Source of the DNA: Pavona decussata
Taxonomy: Eukaryota
Assembly (NCBI GenBank): GCA_977016875.1
Contig: CDRNST010000042.1
Coordinates: 1,116,001-1,180,000, forward strand
Length of the DNA stretch: 64,000 nt
Direction of reading: 5' to 3'
Part shown: one piece after another, positions 13,444 through 27,100 of the stretch
Position numbering within the stretch: the first letter of the stretch is position 1
Layout: every line of letters starts with the position of its first letter
Notes under the pieces: model-generated
What the model was told of the DNA's origin: nothing
Databases searched by the model: none
The model's input: only the letters and a program-made list of their open reading frames with translations
Position numbers and translations under genes: made by a program

Positions 13444-13595
13444 GTAATGAAAGGCTAACGCGCGAAACTTCAGCACTCGAATCTCTTTACGTTGGTCAAT
13501 TTACCTTTAGTTGTCAACTCTGTTGATAAATCAATCATTCGTTTCTATTCGCCACCGACACCACACCACAGTTTATTTAGAAACTAACCCCCTTA
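13444..13595 (+). mobile_element. Degenerate Penelope-like terminal repeat with a decayed hammerhead
   Basis: taatga-aaggctaacgcgc-gaaac-ttc-agc followed by tcaactctgttgataaa and ccacagtttatttagaaact; catalytic core damaged. Confidence 0.5.
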
Positions 13596-14365
13596 TCCAT
13601 TTGCGATCAACTGAGCATGTTGAACGCAAATGTACAGTGAAAGTAGTCCGAGTTTACAGCCAACAGAATACGGAGGACCTCGATACAACTAGTACTCATT
13701 AAAAAAGAAAAAGTTGCAATTTTTTTCACAACCGATTGCTCTGCAGCCGAGCGCACAGACCGTAAAAATTTTTCAGAAATGATTCACGATTTATGCAGCA
13801 TTTGCAGTCATTATCCAATTGAGAAGTCACTAAGAACTACATTGTATGTGCTAAATGTTCATTGCCAAATGGAAAGTAAAATGTCTTGTTACAAGGACAG
13901 ACTAACTTGTATCCACTAACTGTGATAAGTAGCATATAACTTATCTAAGTCATAGAGCGATTTTCATTTGAGTTTCGCAAAACCAAAACCTCTGGCCAAT
14001 CATGAGATATGTCAACAGCGCAATAAACACAATCAAAGCTTGAAGTAAATGCATGTAACCAGCGTCAAGCGCGGGAAAGTGCGCGCGAGCTAGTTACGAT
14101 CGGTTTTGGTTTTGTTTCTCATTAGTTGAGACAGTGGCGCAAGTTTTGCTAATTAGCCAACCACAGAGCGAAGTAAAGCAAAACTAAAACAATCACGATA
14201 TTACTTTCAACAGTCAACTGAAAATCGCTGTATACTTTTCTTGTAATGCAATCAAACGCACAGCCAATTTCATTGCCACTCTTGGTCGATCGACTCATGA
14301 CTTCGAATTAAAGCCGTCGAATCATGTTTGACATAAATATTGCATTCGCGCAAAGAGAGCCTCAC

Positions 14366-14936
14366 CGATAAAATTGAGCGATGAAATCTCTTTCCCTTTT
14401 TCGAGTGCGAATGGTGTCCAATCCTGCCATGGTCTCTGAAAAGTGTGAGAAGATAGGGCTGCGGTATATTGACTCCCATCTCTTCAGCTCACGGGAACTG
14501 TTCAGGTAGTACCATGCCAAGTAAACGAAAGCGCTGAAAACTGGTAGAAACACCAGAAAGAGCCAAAAATTGGAAAACGAGGGCAACAGTGCTGCAGTGA
14601 ACACGAACAAAAGCAACTGTGTAGCCGAGAGAAACGTCCTGGGCAAAAGTTCGTCGATATTGCCAATATCTTTGGAGCATCTGTTTAATATCCGTCCGGC
14701 AGGATTTGTGTCGAAGAATAGTACCGGAGCTTTGAGAATGCGAGTTACCATTTTATCGTGAAAATTTTCAGCGGATCTGAGAAATACACAGAAGAACACC
14801 CAGGCGCGCATGATGGCGAAAACGAAGGCAGCGGCGACAAGACCGGCATAGATACCTAAAGTTGTGACATCCTGTTGGTATGTCAAAGGCATTCTTGTCA
14901 AGTAAGAGAGCCAGACATCTGGTAACACTAGGACAG
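14366..14936 (-). CDS. ABCC4: Gene A exon 4 (TMD2)
   Basis: [32 protein letters not shown]; cctgtgcag|CT ... CG|GTGAG; 571 nt as in gene B. Confidence 0.94.
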
Positions 14937-15338
14937 CTGCACAGGAGACAAAACAAGACGGATTACTAAATGGTAAAGTTTACTTTAAACGGCCGTTTGT
15001 TTGGCCAACTGTTAGGTCTAGTTCAGTCGGCGCATGCGCCCTCCAAAGTCGCATCTGTTTGGCAGTGGTATGGCGACAAATTCAATGTTTTTCGACCGAT
15101 TTTCAATCAGGCAAAGCAAAAATGTCAGGGTATGCGTGCACCAGAACGTTCCGTATAATACAACATTAAAGCATTAATATAGGAGGTGTTTAGGAGGTAC
15201 TGCTCATTAGAGGTACGGCATCTTAAAGGTCTTTTTTTGGCGTTTGAAATACCTGCCTCTTTACCTTCGAATGTGTCCCGGTCATCGGGCGGCCGAGATA
15301 TCACGTGACATGGCTATGTGACGTCACAGCGTACTCAC

Positions 15339-16672
15339 CTTGGGCAGCCAAGAAAAGAAAAACTAAAGGAATCATTGCAATGGGATGAGCTCCAGCTCTG
15401 AAGTACTCCCAGTATAATGCACTTGAAATTTTGCCAGTGGCCTTATCTTCCTCTGAGATTTCCAAATACTCATCAAAACCGCCTTGCACTGGTGTGAAAT
15501 TGAAAGAAGTGTCCTTTTTACCCTCTGCTGTAGCTCGTTTCTTCTCTTTGCTTGTGGTATTTGATGCATTTATGATGGTATCGAGAATTCTCCCGCCATC
15601 TTGCAGCTCACAGAAGCTGCCTTTTCCAAGTACAGAACCTTTGTGGAGGACCACAACTTGGTCAGCTGCCTTCATGTGACTCTCTGCATATGACACCAAG
15701 ATTCGAATCTTGTCTCCTAGCAACCTGCAGATACACTGTTCAAATATATGTTCACCTACTTTGGCATCCACAGCACTGAGAGGGTCATCCAATAGATACA
15801 CACCAGCATCTGCGTATACTGCGCGTGCCAGATTGACACGAGCCCGCTGACCTCCGCTTAAAACTACTCCATGTTCTCCAACAAATGAAAGGTCGCCATT
15901 TGGAAACCTGTCAATGTCTTCTTTCAGAGCACATGTTTCAACTACTTCAGTGTATTTCTTTTCGTCGTACGTCTCACCAAATAAGATGTTTTCTCTAATA
16001 GTTCCAGAGAAAACCCAAGCCGTCTGAGGAACATAAGCAACACTTCCAGAACAGATTAGGTCGCCGCTTGATTTTATTGCCTCGCCTGCGATCGCAGCAA
16101 GTAGTGTTGACTTTCCACTGCCAATCTGACCTGTGACGACAGTTAGACTTTTTTCATTCGCCTCGAAACTGACATCGTGAAGAAGATACTTTTCACTGTT
16201 GCCATTTAAATTACGTGTGAGACTACAAACTGATAGACGCATATCAGTTTTCCTGTCGAGAACAGGATACTTGACATCTGCCGCGACATGGTCTACAGCG
16301 TCACTTTCAGGAATCTCTTGTCTAATGGCCTCTCTCACTAAAAGTTGTGGGTACACTTTGGTATTGCCGTGGTTACAGGAGGATTGGTCGTATTGCAAAG
16401 GATCAAAAGGCATGTTATCTAACAGCAGAAATTTCTCGATCCTTCTCAGGGAGACAAATATTTCGAACACCGCAGGAAGAACGTTAGATATCGACAATCG
16501 AAGAACGCTCATGAAGGCAAGGAGCATGAAAACTGTGGCAGCAGAAAGAATATGACCAGTAAAGACGAGAGCTAAAACCGTTAAGAAAGTCGCAGTAGTC
16601 CCCGAAGTGAATGATAAACACTCTATTATTGATAGCAAGCCACTCTTTTTCAGGATAATCCAAACCTCGTTC
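15339..16672 (-). CDS. ABCC4: Gene A exon 3 (end of TMD1, NBD1, start of TMD2)
   Basis: Walker A GQIGSGKS, signature LSGGQRARV, Walker B YLLDDPLSAVD; acceptor tatcacag|G, donor CAAG|GTGAGT; phases agree with neighbouring exons. Confidence 0.95.
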
Positions 16673-17348
16673 CTGTGATACAAACGAAAGGAAACAAAAA
16701 TATGTTATCAGTATGGTATTGACAAAAGTGACATCATCTTCTCTTGTTGGTATTGACTAAACTTATTTGGAGGGAACAGATTTCGAGGAATTAAAGAGGG
16801 AGGGAGTTTGTAGAGACTGGGATAAAAAGTCGTAGTGCTTTTGTGATCGAGTTACATAATTTTTAATACAGAAATGAGATAAAAAAGGAAAATATAGTTG
16901 AAACACTGCAAAAACCTTTAATATTTCCTAAGGCATCGCCTGTAATCTTCGAATCCCCCTACAGCTATGTGATGTCATTATACCAGGCATTATAGTAACT
17001 ACAAACAAATTATTTCAATTAAAATATACTCTTGCCGTGCGGTTGGAACATTTGATAATTTCTATATTACTTAAAAGAGAACCTCACAAAACTGAATTCG
17101 TTTAGTGTCAAGGTGTATTTTTGCTAAGCTCATTATGTTTTCATAGTGGTTGTAAAAATATTAGTGAACAAATTTTAAAAAGGATACCTTCTCAGAATTG
17201 CTTGATCTGAAAGCATATAAATTGTGCAGACCTAACTTATCATTCTTACCTTACCTCTGACTAAATATTCTCCGAAAAAGCACTTGTGCAATAAATACAG
17301 AAATTTGAAATACTGTTCCCAATTTCATGTTCAGATTACTCTACTCAC

Positions 17349-17728
17349 TTTCTTACTTCTTCAACTTTTTCTCGGTAGTTCTCCTCCCACGCATGCGCCT
17401 TCAGTACGCGAATCCCGGATACAAGTTCGTTCATTAGTGAGATGCGTCGGTCCGTCACTTCAGCGGTTTTCAGACGCAGTTCAGCACAAACAGATGATAT
17501 GATCATGACACAGGGTACCACCAAAATCATGAACAATATTCCCATAACTGTTTGCCAGCCAATAAATATAAGCAGCAAGCAGACTATCGCTATGAACTCG
17601 ATCACAGGTAACAAGGCGGTGCATATCCATCTGGGGGCCAGCTCAATTCTCTGAACGTCATTTGAAATCAGGTCAAGGATATTTCCAGTTGTTGTTTGAA
17701 GAAGGCTTTGTTGACTGATCAGTGGAAT
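17349..17728 (-). CDS. ABCC4: Gene A exon 2 (TMD1)
   Basis: Acceptor ttctctttatag|ATT, donor AA|GTGAGT; [13 protein letters not shown]...[23 protein letters not shown]; 380 nt, same length as in B, C and D. Confidence 0.93.
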
Positions 17729-17935
17729 CTATAAAGAGAAATTATTAACGAATAACTTGAAAAGCAGCAGTTGCAAACAAGTGAAATCATACTTGAGTAT
17801 GACTACTAATTAGTCTCTCGAAAGCAAGTTTCAGCCATTGCATTATTTCAATGTAGGTTACCATGGCAATATGCATATGGAATAAGGGGGTTGGGGGAGT
17901 AGAAACGAATATTTCATTTTATCAGGTAATTTGGT

Positions 17936-18122
17936 NNNNNNNNNNNNNNNNNNNNNNNNNNNNNNNNNNNNNNNNNNNNNNNNNNNNNNNNNNNNNNNNN
18001 NNNNNNNNNNNNNNNNNNNNNNNNNNNNNNNNNNNNNNNNNNNNNNNNNNNNNNNNNNNNNNNNNNNNNNNNNNNNNNNNNNNNNNNNNNNNNNNNNNNN
18101 NNNNNNNNNNNNNNNNNNNNNN
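17936..18122. other. Assembly gap (187 N)
   Basis: N run. Confidence 0.99.
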
Positions 18123-18225
18123 TACACTATCTGACACTGATAGACTATATATATACAGAACTTAAATGACAGCGAGGCTATTTATTTTGTTTTTTAAAAG
18201 CAGAGAGAGTGGGAGCAGTTCTAAT

Positions 18226-18888
18226 TAACAAATCGACGGCAGTTTTCTATGGTCTATACTCTTATAGACCATAAAATGACGTCAAAAAATGTTCAAAACT
18301 CAAGTGGAACCACGAGCCGCAGGCTCGTGGTTTCACTGCCAAGTTTTGGACATTTTATGGCGTCATTTTATGGTCTATAAGAGTATAGACCATAGAAAAC
18401 TGCCGTCGATTTGTTTTTTACAATAACATGGAAAAAGTACGAGCGGAATTGACTATTTTTTCGTTGAGAAAGCGCGCACGTTACATCTGACGTCATTTTT
18501 ATTGTCTGTACTCTTATAGACAATAGCTACGAGCCAATCAGCGCGCGAGAATTTGGACAGCTATTGTAAAAACTCTTATAGACCATAAAATGACGTCAAA
18601 AAATGTTCAAAACTCAAGTGAAACCACGAGCCGCAGGCGAGTGGTTTCACTGCCAAGTTTTGGACATTTTATGGCGTCATTTTATGGTCTATAAGAGTAT
18701 AGACCATAGAAAATTGCGGTCGATTTGTTTTTTACAATAACATGGAAAAAGTACGAGCGGAATTGGCTATTTTTTTTTTCGTTGAGAAAGCGCGCGCGTT
18801 ACATCTGACGTCATTTTTATTGTCTGTACTCTTATAGACAATAGCTACGAGCCAATCAGCGCGCGGGAATTTGGACAGTTATTGTAAA
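18226..18888. repeat. Two tandem copies of a palindromic MITE-like unit
   Basis: actcttatagaccataaaatgacgtc...ttggacag(c/t)tattgtaaaa occurs twice, with an internal inverted repeat. Confidence 0.8.
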
Positions 18889-18998
18889 ATATGATATGGG
18901 ATGGTGTTCCATATCTTTGCCCCAATAAAAGAAAAACTGCTGCTTTTAGCAAATTCGGTGTTATATTTGGGGAGGAGAAGTCTACTCTTACTCCCACG
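18889..18998 (-). mobile_element. LINE ORF2 C-terminal fragment
   Basis: RGSKSRLLLPKYNTEFAKSSSFSFIGAKIWNTIP. Confidence 0.65.
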
Positions 18999-19185
18999 NN
19001 NNNNNNNNNNNNNNNNNNNNNNNNNNNNNNNNNNNNNNNNNNNNNNNNNNNNNNNNNNNNNNNNNNNNNNNNNNNNNNNNNNNNNNNNNNNNNNNNNNNN
19101 NNNNNNNNNNNNNNNNNNNNNNNNNNNNNNNNNNNNNNNNNNNNNNNNNNNNNNNNNNNNNNNNNNNNNNNNNNNNNNNNNNNNN
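18999..19185. other. Assembly gap (187 N)
   Basis: N run. Confidence 0.99.
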
Positions 19186-19657
19186 CTTGGATGCATTTTA
19201 GACCTTAAAATTTAAACTATTTTGGCTATTACTGACATTAAACTAACCTTCAAAAATCATTTTACCCCGCTATACGAGCCCTAGTATCAGACTGTTTTGG
19301 CCTTCAATAATTTAAAAGGGCTAAGCTAGCCTTCAAAATAACGCTACTATCCTGTACAAAAATAGGTTATTTTCATGACTACAGTTAATAGCAGAATTCA
19401 TTTTATTTTCCCTTTGGAATCATAAGCCCATTCCGAGTTGTTTTGAACCTCATTTTGAAAGCGAGAATTGTGAATAGTTTTTATTATGAGAAGCTTTGCA
19501 GGTAGCCTCGCTTTCATAATGAGGTTCAAAACAACTCGAAAATGACCAATTCAAATTTTGTAATCGCAGTGGGGAGTAAACATCTGTAGCTATAACTAGA
19601 ATGAGAAAATACAAAAGTGAAGGATTCTGACCGGCACCTCACGAAAAAAGCTCATAC

Positions 19658-20212
19658 CTTTATATAAATAATTCCCTTGATGGCACTACTAAGGCGCATT
19701 CCAAGTAGGTCACACATGTAGGCGGAGTAATGCGTACAACCTGTAGATAACCCGCTCAGCGTTAAAACAACACAGCAAGCGTATGCTAGCGACCTGTGTA
19801 TCTCATCTGAGCTTAACAATAAAAGGAGAAATCCAAGCACCAATGGTTGTGAAACACGGAAGACCATCTCCGTGAGCCAAAAGCACATAGGCAATAGAAT
19901 ATCTCTAATAGAGATTGTCTTGTACACACATTTCCAAAGTTTGGGCTGTCGTTTGCCGTTGATGTTACACTCTTGCACATGGTCATTCCATATCGTCTGT
20001 AGTCTCTCGGTCAGGTCAAGTGTTCTGTCTTTCTCATGAAGTGGTAGGAAGTCTGATTGATTCAGGGGCCGCTTGCTTCCTATTTTGAAGATGTTGTTCA
20101 TCCACCAAAATGTCAGATGGGATATAAAATTGGCGGACGACAGAGGGTGGGAAGACTCTTCCGTGTTATCATCGCCATCGGTTGCTATAGTCTCATAGCG
20201 TTTGTTTGTCAT
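19658..20212 (-). CDS. ABCC4: Gene A (ABCC4/MRP4-like) coding exon 1: lasso motif and start of TMD1
   Basis: [29 protein letters not shown] lasso motif; donor AAG|GTATGA; 555 nt, phase 0. Confidence 0.93.
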
Positions 20213-21049
20213 CTTGCTGTCAAAAAGGCAAATCGACGTATCTAAGTGTAGCAGAAGTCAAATAATACAGGTCCATTTCTTAAATTATAGTTTTGTAGTT
20301 TTGAAACGTCAGACAGAAGGTTAGCCATTGTAAGCAATGGAGTCAATTGTTTTAAAAACACATTCACTGATTAGTTCGGCCACCAGTTAACACATCCAGA
20401 GTTTGGTGGTCGTTCAGGTGGCTATATTAAAGAGGCTTCACACCAGTAATATTATCGAGTAATGCAGCTACAGCCGAATTTTTGTCAGTTGCCGTTCATT
20501 ATTAAGAACTTCCAAAATGAAAATGAGATGCTTTGTTTTGGAAATAAATTACCGCCTGCCTACCGTGTAATTCTCGTCATAGTCAATGAGGCAATGGTTA
20601 TGAAGCCTGAGAAACTTCTTTGTTATATGTTTTTGTTAGCATTTTTGGCCTTGACCGTGCACAAGCCACAAGAGATTTTAAAAGTGTTGGAGCAACTGAC
20701 CAATGGAGACGTTCATGTTAAAATATTCAACTGTAGTGTGAACATTAAAACCAAGGATTGTGCACAGTCGCGGTCCTTCCCACATAAATTACAAAAGAAA
20801 TAAAACAGCATTTGTCATTTGATAAAGCCACAACTGAACATTTGCCATTTATTTCACCGGTTGGAAACGTTCGTTGTTATTCAAGTATTTGTCGCTGTTC
20901 AGCATTATAACCTCAAATGTTTTAGGATATCTACGAACCTCCATGACGACCTGAATCGAGCTTCGCACTAAAAAAAATATCCATCATAACAAGCCTGTAG
21001 ATTATGATGGTGTGGTACAGCGATTTGCAGAACAATTCCCGTGGACGAC

Positions 21050-21655
21050 ATCATCAGCGATAACAGAAAATATTCCGCATATAGCTTATATACAAATAAA
21101 TGTGCGGTAAAGCCAGCGACACACCTGGCGATTTTATACGCCGATCGCGGCGAATGTGACCGATTTTCGCCGTCGATTAATGCGGACACACTTGGCGATT
21201 TTTTTCGCCGATCGCGGCGATGTGGCAGTTTCGAAAAGTCATGTGATAAAATTGCTCAACCTGATGGGTTGACTTTACTGGCGATTCGCAGTGATGAGCG
21301 TAGAAAATCGCCGGAACGGGCACACTTGCGGAACGCCTGCATGTCAGATATCGGCGAAAAATCGCGGCAATCGCTGCACCGGGCACACCTGGCGATTTTC
21401 GCCGATCGCAGCGATCGGCGTACAAAATCGCCAAGTGTGTCGCTGGCTTTAAATGTGTGAAAAGTGTAAAATATGTGAAATGTATGAGAAATATAAAATA
21501 CAAGTATGAATAAAATAAAGGATAAAACGATCATATTTGTATTTTACACTTCTCATTTTTCACATATTTCACACTTTTCACACGTTTAACGTCGCATTTA
21601 TTTGCATATAAGCTGTACGCGGAATATTTTCTATCAGTTATCCCGGATGATGTTG
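21050..21655. mobile_element. Foldback (hairpin) element carrying a nested MITE at 21110-21449
   Basis: gaaaatattccgcatatagcttatatacaaataaatg is inverted at 21594-21631; inner element aagccagcgacacac ... gtgtgtcgctggctt. Confidence 0.8.
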
Positions 21656-22990
21656 AATTCCCGTGGAGAATGCTACTCGTGGATCCAGTTTTTTATGAAA
21701 CACAACTTTATAAAACATTAGCATGAATTCAACTCCCACGACATGCATAGATCTGTTTATGTAAACTGGAACGCTCCTCGACACTTGTCGATCTTTTTAA
21801 CAATTTTTTTTTCGTTTTGGCGAAAAAGTTCGCTTCAATTTCAGTAATAAATACCCTTTCGTTTGCTCCCCAGAATGCTGGAAAACGCATTTCCGATGAT
21901 TAAAATTTCAGATAGGACCAAAATTTCTAGATACTCCCGCCCTCGGTGGTCGTTCATTCAAACCCCGTATCTATAAATCCAAGATCCGCCCAGGAGTATT
22001 AAAAAAAGAAAAAAAAAAAAAGAAACAGTACAATATAACACACTAAGTGGACTTAAAAAATAAAAAGTAAAAATGTACAATTATTTACATGCTTTAAAGA
22101 AAAACGAAAACGTACGTTCAAATATATATATATAAAATCGACATCTCTATGTCGCACAGTTGAGCCGGGCGGAGGCAACGTCAAATTTAAAGCTTTAAAA
22201 TAATCTTCAGTTCCTGACCGGTTCAGTTCTTTCTGCTTCAAATGTTGAACGCCATGTTCATTAAAACACCCTAGTGTTCAGTAAGACAGAACCTCTATAT
22301 GCCAGCGCGTTCTTCAAGTATCTGGTATCGAGGCTAGGTACCAATTAACAATCTTTCCCAGCAAGGAATAAAGGTTCTAACGTTTAGTGTAAATGTCCTA
22401 AAATTAATTAAAAAATTCGCACCATTTTTCCTGTCAATGCAGCGTTAACTTCGCTGACGTTTATTTCAATTATTTGTTTTCCAAAAAGCTTTTCTTGTTT
22501 AGCATAATGAAATTCAGTTAAATAAATACAGTCAAACTTCCCGTAAGTGTTCACCCTTGGGACCAGAAAAGTGTTCGCTTGAGAGAGGTGTCCGCTTATG
22601 GGAGGTTAAAAATGTAGTGTTTGTTAGCGGAGGATTGACTGTACATGGTTTAAATCCCTAAGAGATCATTCTCGCCCTCAGAAACCGGCTGATGTCACAT
22701 TCAGTTTAGAGTATTTTGAGCGAGGCGGTACCTTCCTCTAATTCGATAAAATACAAGACCTCCACATTCACTCCTAACAGTTTGCTGTTCCAGAGTTTTA
22801 ACCCTCTTGTTCGTCTCTGAATTTATTTTATTCTGACCAATTCTCTTCAGTGTTCGATCGCGCTTTACTAATAATCTAAACCGGCAGAGTGCGATAATTC
22901 TCTAAAGCGACCAAGATAGTCTTTGAGATCTTTAAGGAAAAAGCCACATAAAATGATGCCGTGAAATTAAGGTTTTACCTTGAATAATTC

Positions 22991-23164
22991 GTCAACTCCC
23001 GATAACTCGAACCCTCGCTAACTCGAACCTCCCGCTAACTCGAACCAACTTTCCTTTCCCTTCAGGCCATTTTCTATATAATTTTACCCTCGATAACTCG
23101 AACTCCCGATGACTCGAACTTTTTTTCAATTTCTCTTGAAGGTTCGAGTTATCGGGAGTCGACT
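22991..23164. mobile_element. Tc1/pogo-type MITE
   Basis: gtcaactcccgataactcgaacc / ggttcgagttatcgggagtcgac; internal taactcgaac repeats. Confidence 0.75.
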
Positions 23165-23729
23165 ACTCGTACCTGGAATTTTAGTTTATGGTCCTCTCTC
23201 TGAAACATTCTCTTCTCATAGAAGCATTCTGCATTCAGTCACAGCATTTGAAACTTTCGCGATTTCTTTCCTGTCAACCGTACTGACCAAATAAGAAGGC
23301 AATCAGTTTAACACGATGATGGCCTATGGGCGCTACTACTGCGTACTTATTTTCTTGTTTGATTAGCTTGAGTTCGCATTTGATAACTTTTCACACATCA
23401 CTCCGTTGAGAATAAATTACACAATCCTTGCTTAATATTTCTGTGGCATAAAATTACGTGTAAGTAGTTCAAGTTTTGAACGAAGACATTTTCACTGTAC
23501 AGCAGGTTTGAAAACCTCATCTACCATGGCAAGAAAGAATTGACCTCTAGAAAAAAAAAAATTGAAAAATAAAATGAGGTTTTAGATAACGGAATAAGTC
23601 AATCTCTGGCGGCTGGTGTTTGCTGCCTTTCTTTGACTAGCTGCAACTACTTGTCAAATCCAATTTATTTCACACTGGTAAGCTAAGAACTACCTGAGTG
23701 GAGGCCCGCTTTACCAACACCCGATTGTT

Positions 23730-24132
23730 AAGCCAGCGACACACTTGGCGATTTTATACGCCGATCGCCGTGATCGGCGAAAATCGCCAGGTGTGCCCGG
23801 TGCAGCGATTGCGATTTTCGCCGGTCGCCTCGATCGGCGTATAAAATCGCCGATACCTGGCATGTCAAATATCGGCGATTAAATTCGCCGGCATTCGCCA
23901 AGTGTGACCGTTCCCGCGATTTTCTATGACTTCTATGGCCATTGCTGCATATCGCCAGTAAAGCCAACCCATCAGGTCGGGCGATTTTATCACATGAGTT
24001 TTCAAAACTGCCACATCGTGGCGATCGGCGAAAAAAATCGCCAAGTATGTCCGCATTAATCGCAAGCGATTTTCGCTGGCGATCAAATTCTCCGCGATCA
24101 GCGTATAAAATCGCCAGGTGTGTCGCCGGCTT
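23730..24132. mobile_element. Second copy of the agccagcgacacac MITE, inverted relative to 21110-21449
   Basis: Same TIRs; interior is the reverse complement; tta on both flanks. Confidence 0.85.
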
Positions 24133-27100
24133 TAGGGACAGTTGTGTTGTCCCGACAAAAAGCTCATATATTTTCTCTAATAAGTCAACATGACCCGCCT
24201 GACACGCTCTCTCACAGAGCTAACTTTGCTTTGCGGACACTGGTTATCAGCGCATTGTATAAATTGTCTGATATTCTGAAATTGAAAGTATCAGTGCAGA
24301 GCAAACTCACAGACTATTTTAAAATGATTACGTTGTCAGTCGCGTTCGAGGCACTGGAATATCATCAATTTTAGTGCGAGATGAACGAGCGTAACCGAGT
24401 TTCTACAGTTTGAACTCGAATTATAGTTTAGACATTTAAACATCGTTCTGTTGCTTTTAAATTATATTCTTTGTAAACTGCCGAAAACTGCCTTCAAACG
24501 GAATATTGATGATACGCTCTTTGCAATTTTTGATTCCGAGGATGGGGATGCTGAAGGACTCACTGTTCTTTCAGTCGAAAGTGGCAAAATATCTCGGCTA
24601 ACTAGCAGAAATTAACTCTAAAATTTTAATAAGCAATTTGAAATTTACCTGGTCGGTTGTATAATTTTATTATTTATTTTCGTCATCGACCTATTTATTT
24701 AGTCATTTGATTGTATTCCGGTGATCGCATTGTCTACATCTGTAAACAATTTCTTTTCACATCGACGAATAACGTGTGAGTACGACCCGCTTCGAGAAAG
24801 CCTCAGCTACCCGCGAGTCTTGCGGGATTATGTAACTGTTTATGCCGGCGTTTAGTTATGTTATGTTGTGACTGACTATTTAGAAGAAGCATTTCAGCTT
24901 GAAATTAGAACATTTGCATTGATGTGTAGTAAGTCTTTCGCCCGTCTTTGCTACGATAAACTAAGAAACCCAAAACCAGACGCACCAATATTTATGAAAG
25001 TGTGCTCAAGTGTAAAATCATGCGAATTAGACAAATACACTGACATTATTGAATGTCAAAAAATTGTTATAATTACATGCACATAAATTTCGCTCCACAT
25101 TCGTGTTGTCAGTGTATAATAATCTGACAATCATTTCCGTTCGTCAACGTTAGACTCGAACTTGAAAGTCAGGATTAAATGATGAAATTAAAACGTTGTC
25201 GAATTTTAAAATCGCTTATTTTCATCTTTAAAATCTTTACCTTAATTATAGCGCTGCTTCTTTCGCTCATGATCAGGATAAGTTGACTAGCGTTTTGCCA
25301 CGTTGTTCAATGGGGCTTCTAATATTTGCATTTTAGTGTCGGAATTTTTGAAAAACTAACATGAAAATATACTGATTAAAGTACAAAGACACTTTAATTC
25401 AGTTGTGCTGCGAATGAAACAACTGGACACATCCTCAAAGGAATTAGGGTTTGTTCCGTGCTTTCGGATTGTATCAGTTACCCGTTCTCGCCAATCCTTA
25501 AACCGGGGAGTCGGTGAAAATCTCGGCATCTCTGACAGGCAGTTCACAATAGCTGTAAGTAAACCTCTGAGTTTCTTATTATAGAAAGTTGATTTTCCAT
25601 GAAATCAAGCCGAATTTCAAAACATTGTGTTCAGTTAAGGCCGTGGCAATTATATCCCTACTATTTATGAAAATATTTTACGAGGAAAAGTCAGTTTGGC
25701 AACTTTCTTAAATCTTTTACAATACCTCAAGGCTATCGCTCTTAACTTGAACGTGTCAGAAATGTCACTGTCAATGGTTCAAGACTGTATTTTAGATAAA
25801 ACTATTCAGTGGCTTAGGAATAATCAATATACTCTTTCTTAAGAGATTTCGAGACCTCTAGTAAGCGCTTAAATCATTCTTTCACTTAACAATTGCAATT
25901 TCGCATTTGTTTAATAATCGCGCTTGTTTCATTTATTCTGTACTAATGTTCTCTTCAATGCGTGTTAATTTATGTCGTCTTAATCACAGATACTTTAGTA
26001 AACACGAATAATAATATTTCCTCATAAAAGGGCCTTAAAGCATGCTAAATTTTTGGCGACACAATCTATGAAGATCTTTTATCGTTACAAATGACCCCTT
26101 TAAGTCAGTTTAACAAAATGTTCAAAAATTTCTGTATGTCGGTTGAAATAATTCCCGGCCAATTACCATAATTAATTTACATTTTATTTCTTCCGCTATT
26201 GAAGCTGACAAAAAAGGACAGCTCGATATTTCAAACTCAATTTACTTTATCTGCACTTCGCGCTGTTTATAGCAATTGTATCCTCGGCGAATTTTTTGAC
26301 ATCCATTCCTCGTTTGTTTTGGCAATATTTGTCAGCAATTATACGCATCAGGAGCCCGAGCCGAGCCCGAGCCCGATAAGTTTATTTTTAAATGTTTTTT
26401 CGCCGGTTACACAATGATTAAAAACATGGTACTGGGCCAATGTTTTCACAGAATTATAAGATTTTAAAAATTAGTATTCAAAGCTAACAAAAATGGACTT
26501 CTTTTAAGAAACATTTATCACCAAAATCACTTATCGGGCCCGGTAAGTTACCGGGATCACTTTCGAGAAACGGGCCCCTGATCTCAATAATTAATATAAG
26601 TTTGGGCTAAGGACTTTCAGGTCTTGAAATTAAGGACGAAAACATTAATTAACATTAATTCCTATGCTTCCTCAGATGCTGTAGTAGGATCCGGAGTGGG
26701 TTTGGCTCAAACAACAGAAACGAGTCAGCCACAACGAAATGGCCGGTTCAGAAACGACTCTCGCTGTTTATCATCAGAGCACACAAAGAACTTACAAAGC
26801 AACAAATCTGCTAATTAAATCACGATACTAAGTTCATAAAACTAATTGTAGTTCAGTTACAGCGTGTTTAGACTTATTCCGGTTAAAGATAAACAATTTA
26901 CTTTGCGTGCACATAAACCACTTCCAGGCCGGTATGATTTACAGCCTGGAACGACAAAGTTGAGAATATGGAGCGAACAGCCATGTTGCGTTTCCATGAC
27001 ACCGGAATGACCTTTTTTTCAGTACTGAAATGAGAATATATGTCCCTCCGGTGAAACGGTTAATTTGCACCGGCGTGCCTCGTAGAGATATGAGATTCTG

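Noticed and set aside
17858-19215. ORFs spanning N runs, and the tandem duplication between the two gaps as a biological signal
   Set aside because: The ORFs are poly-X artefacts. Two gaps of identical 187-N length suggest scaffolding estimates, so local structure is unreliable.
21041-24193. Overlapping ORFs with similar peptides (ATHLAILYADR)
   Set aside because: They are translations of a palindromic GC-rich MITE, not genes.
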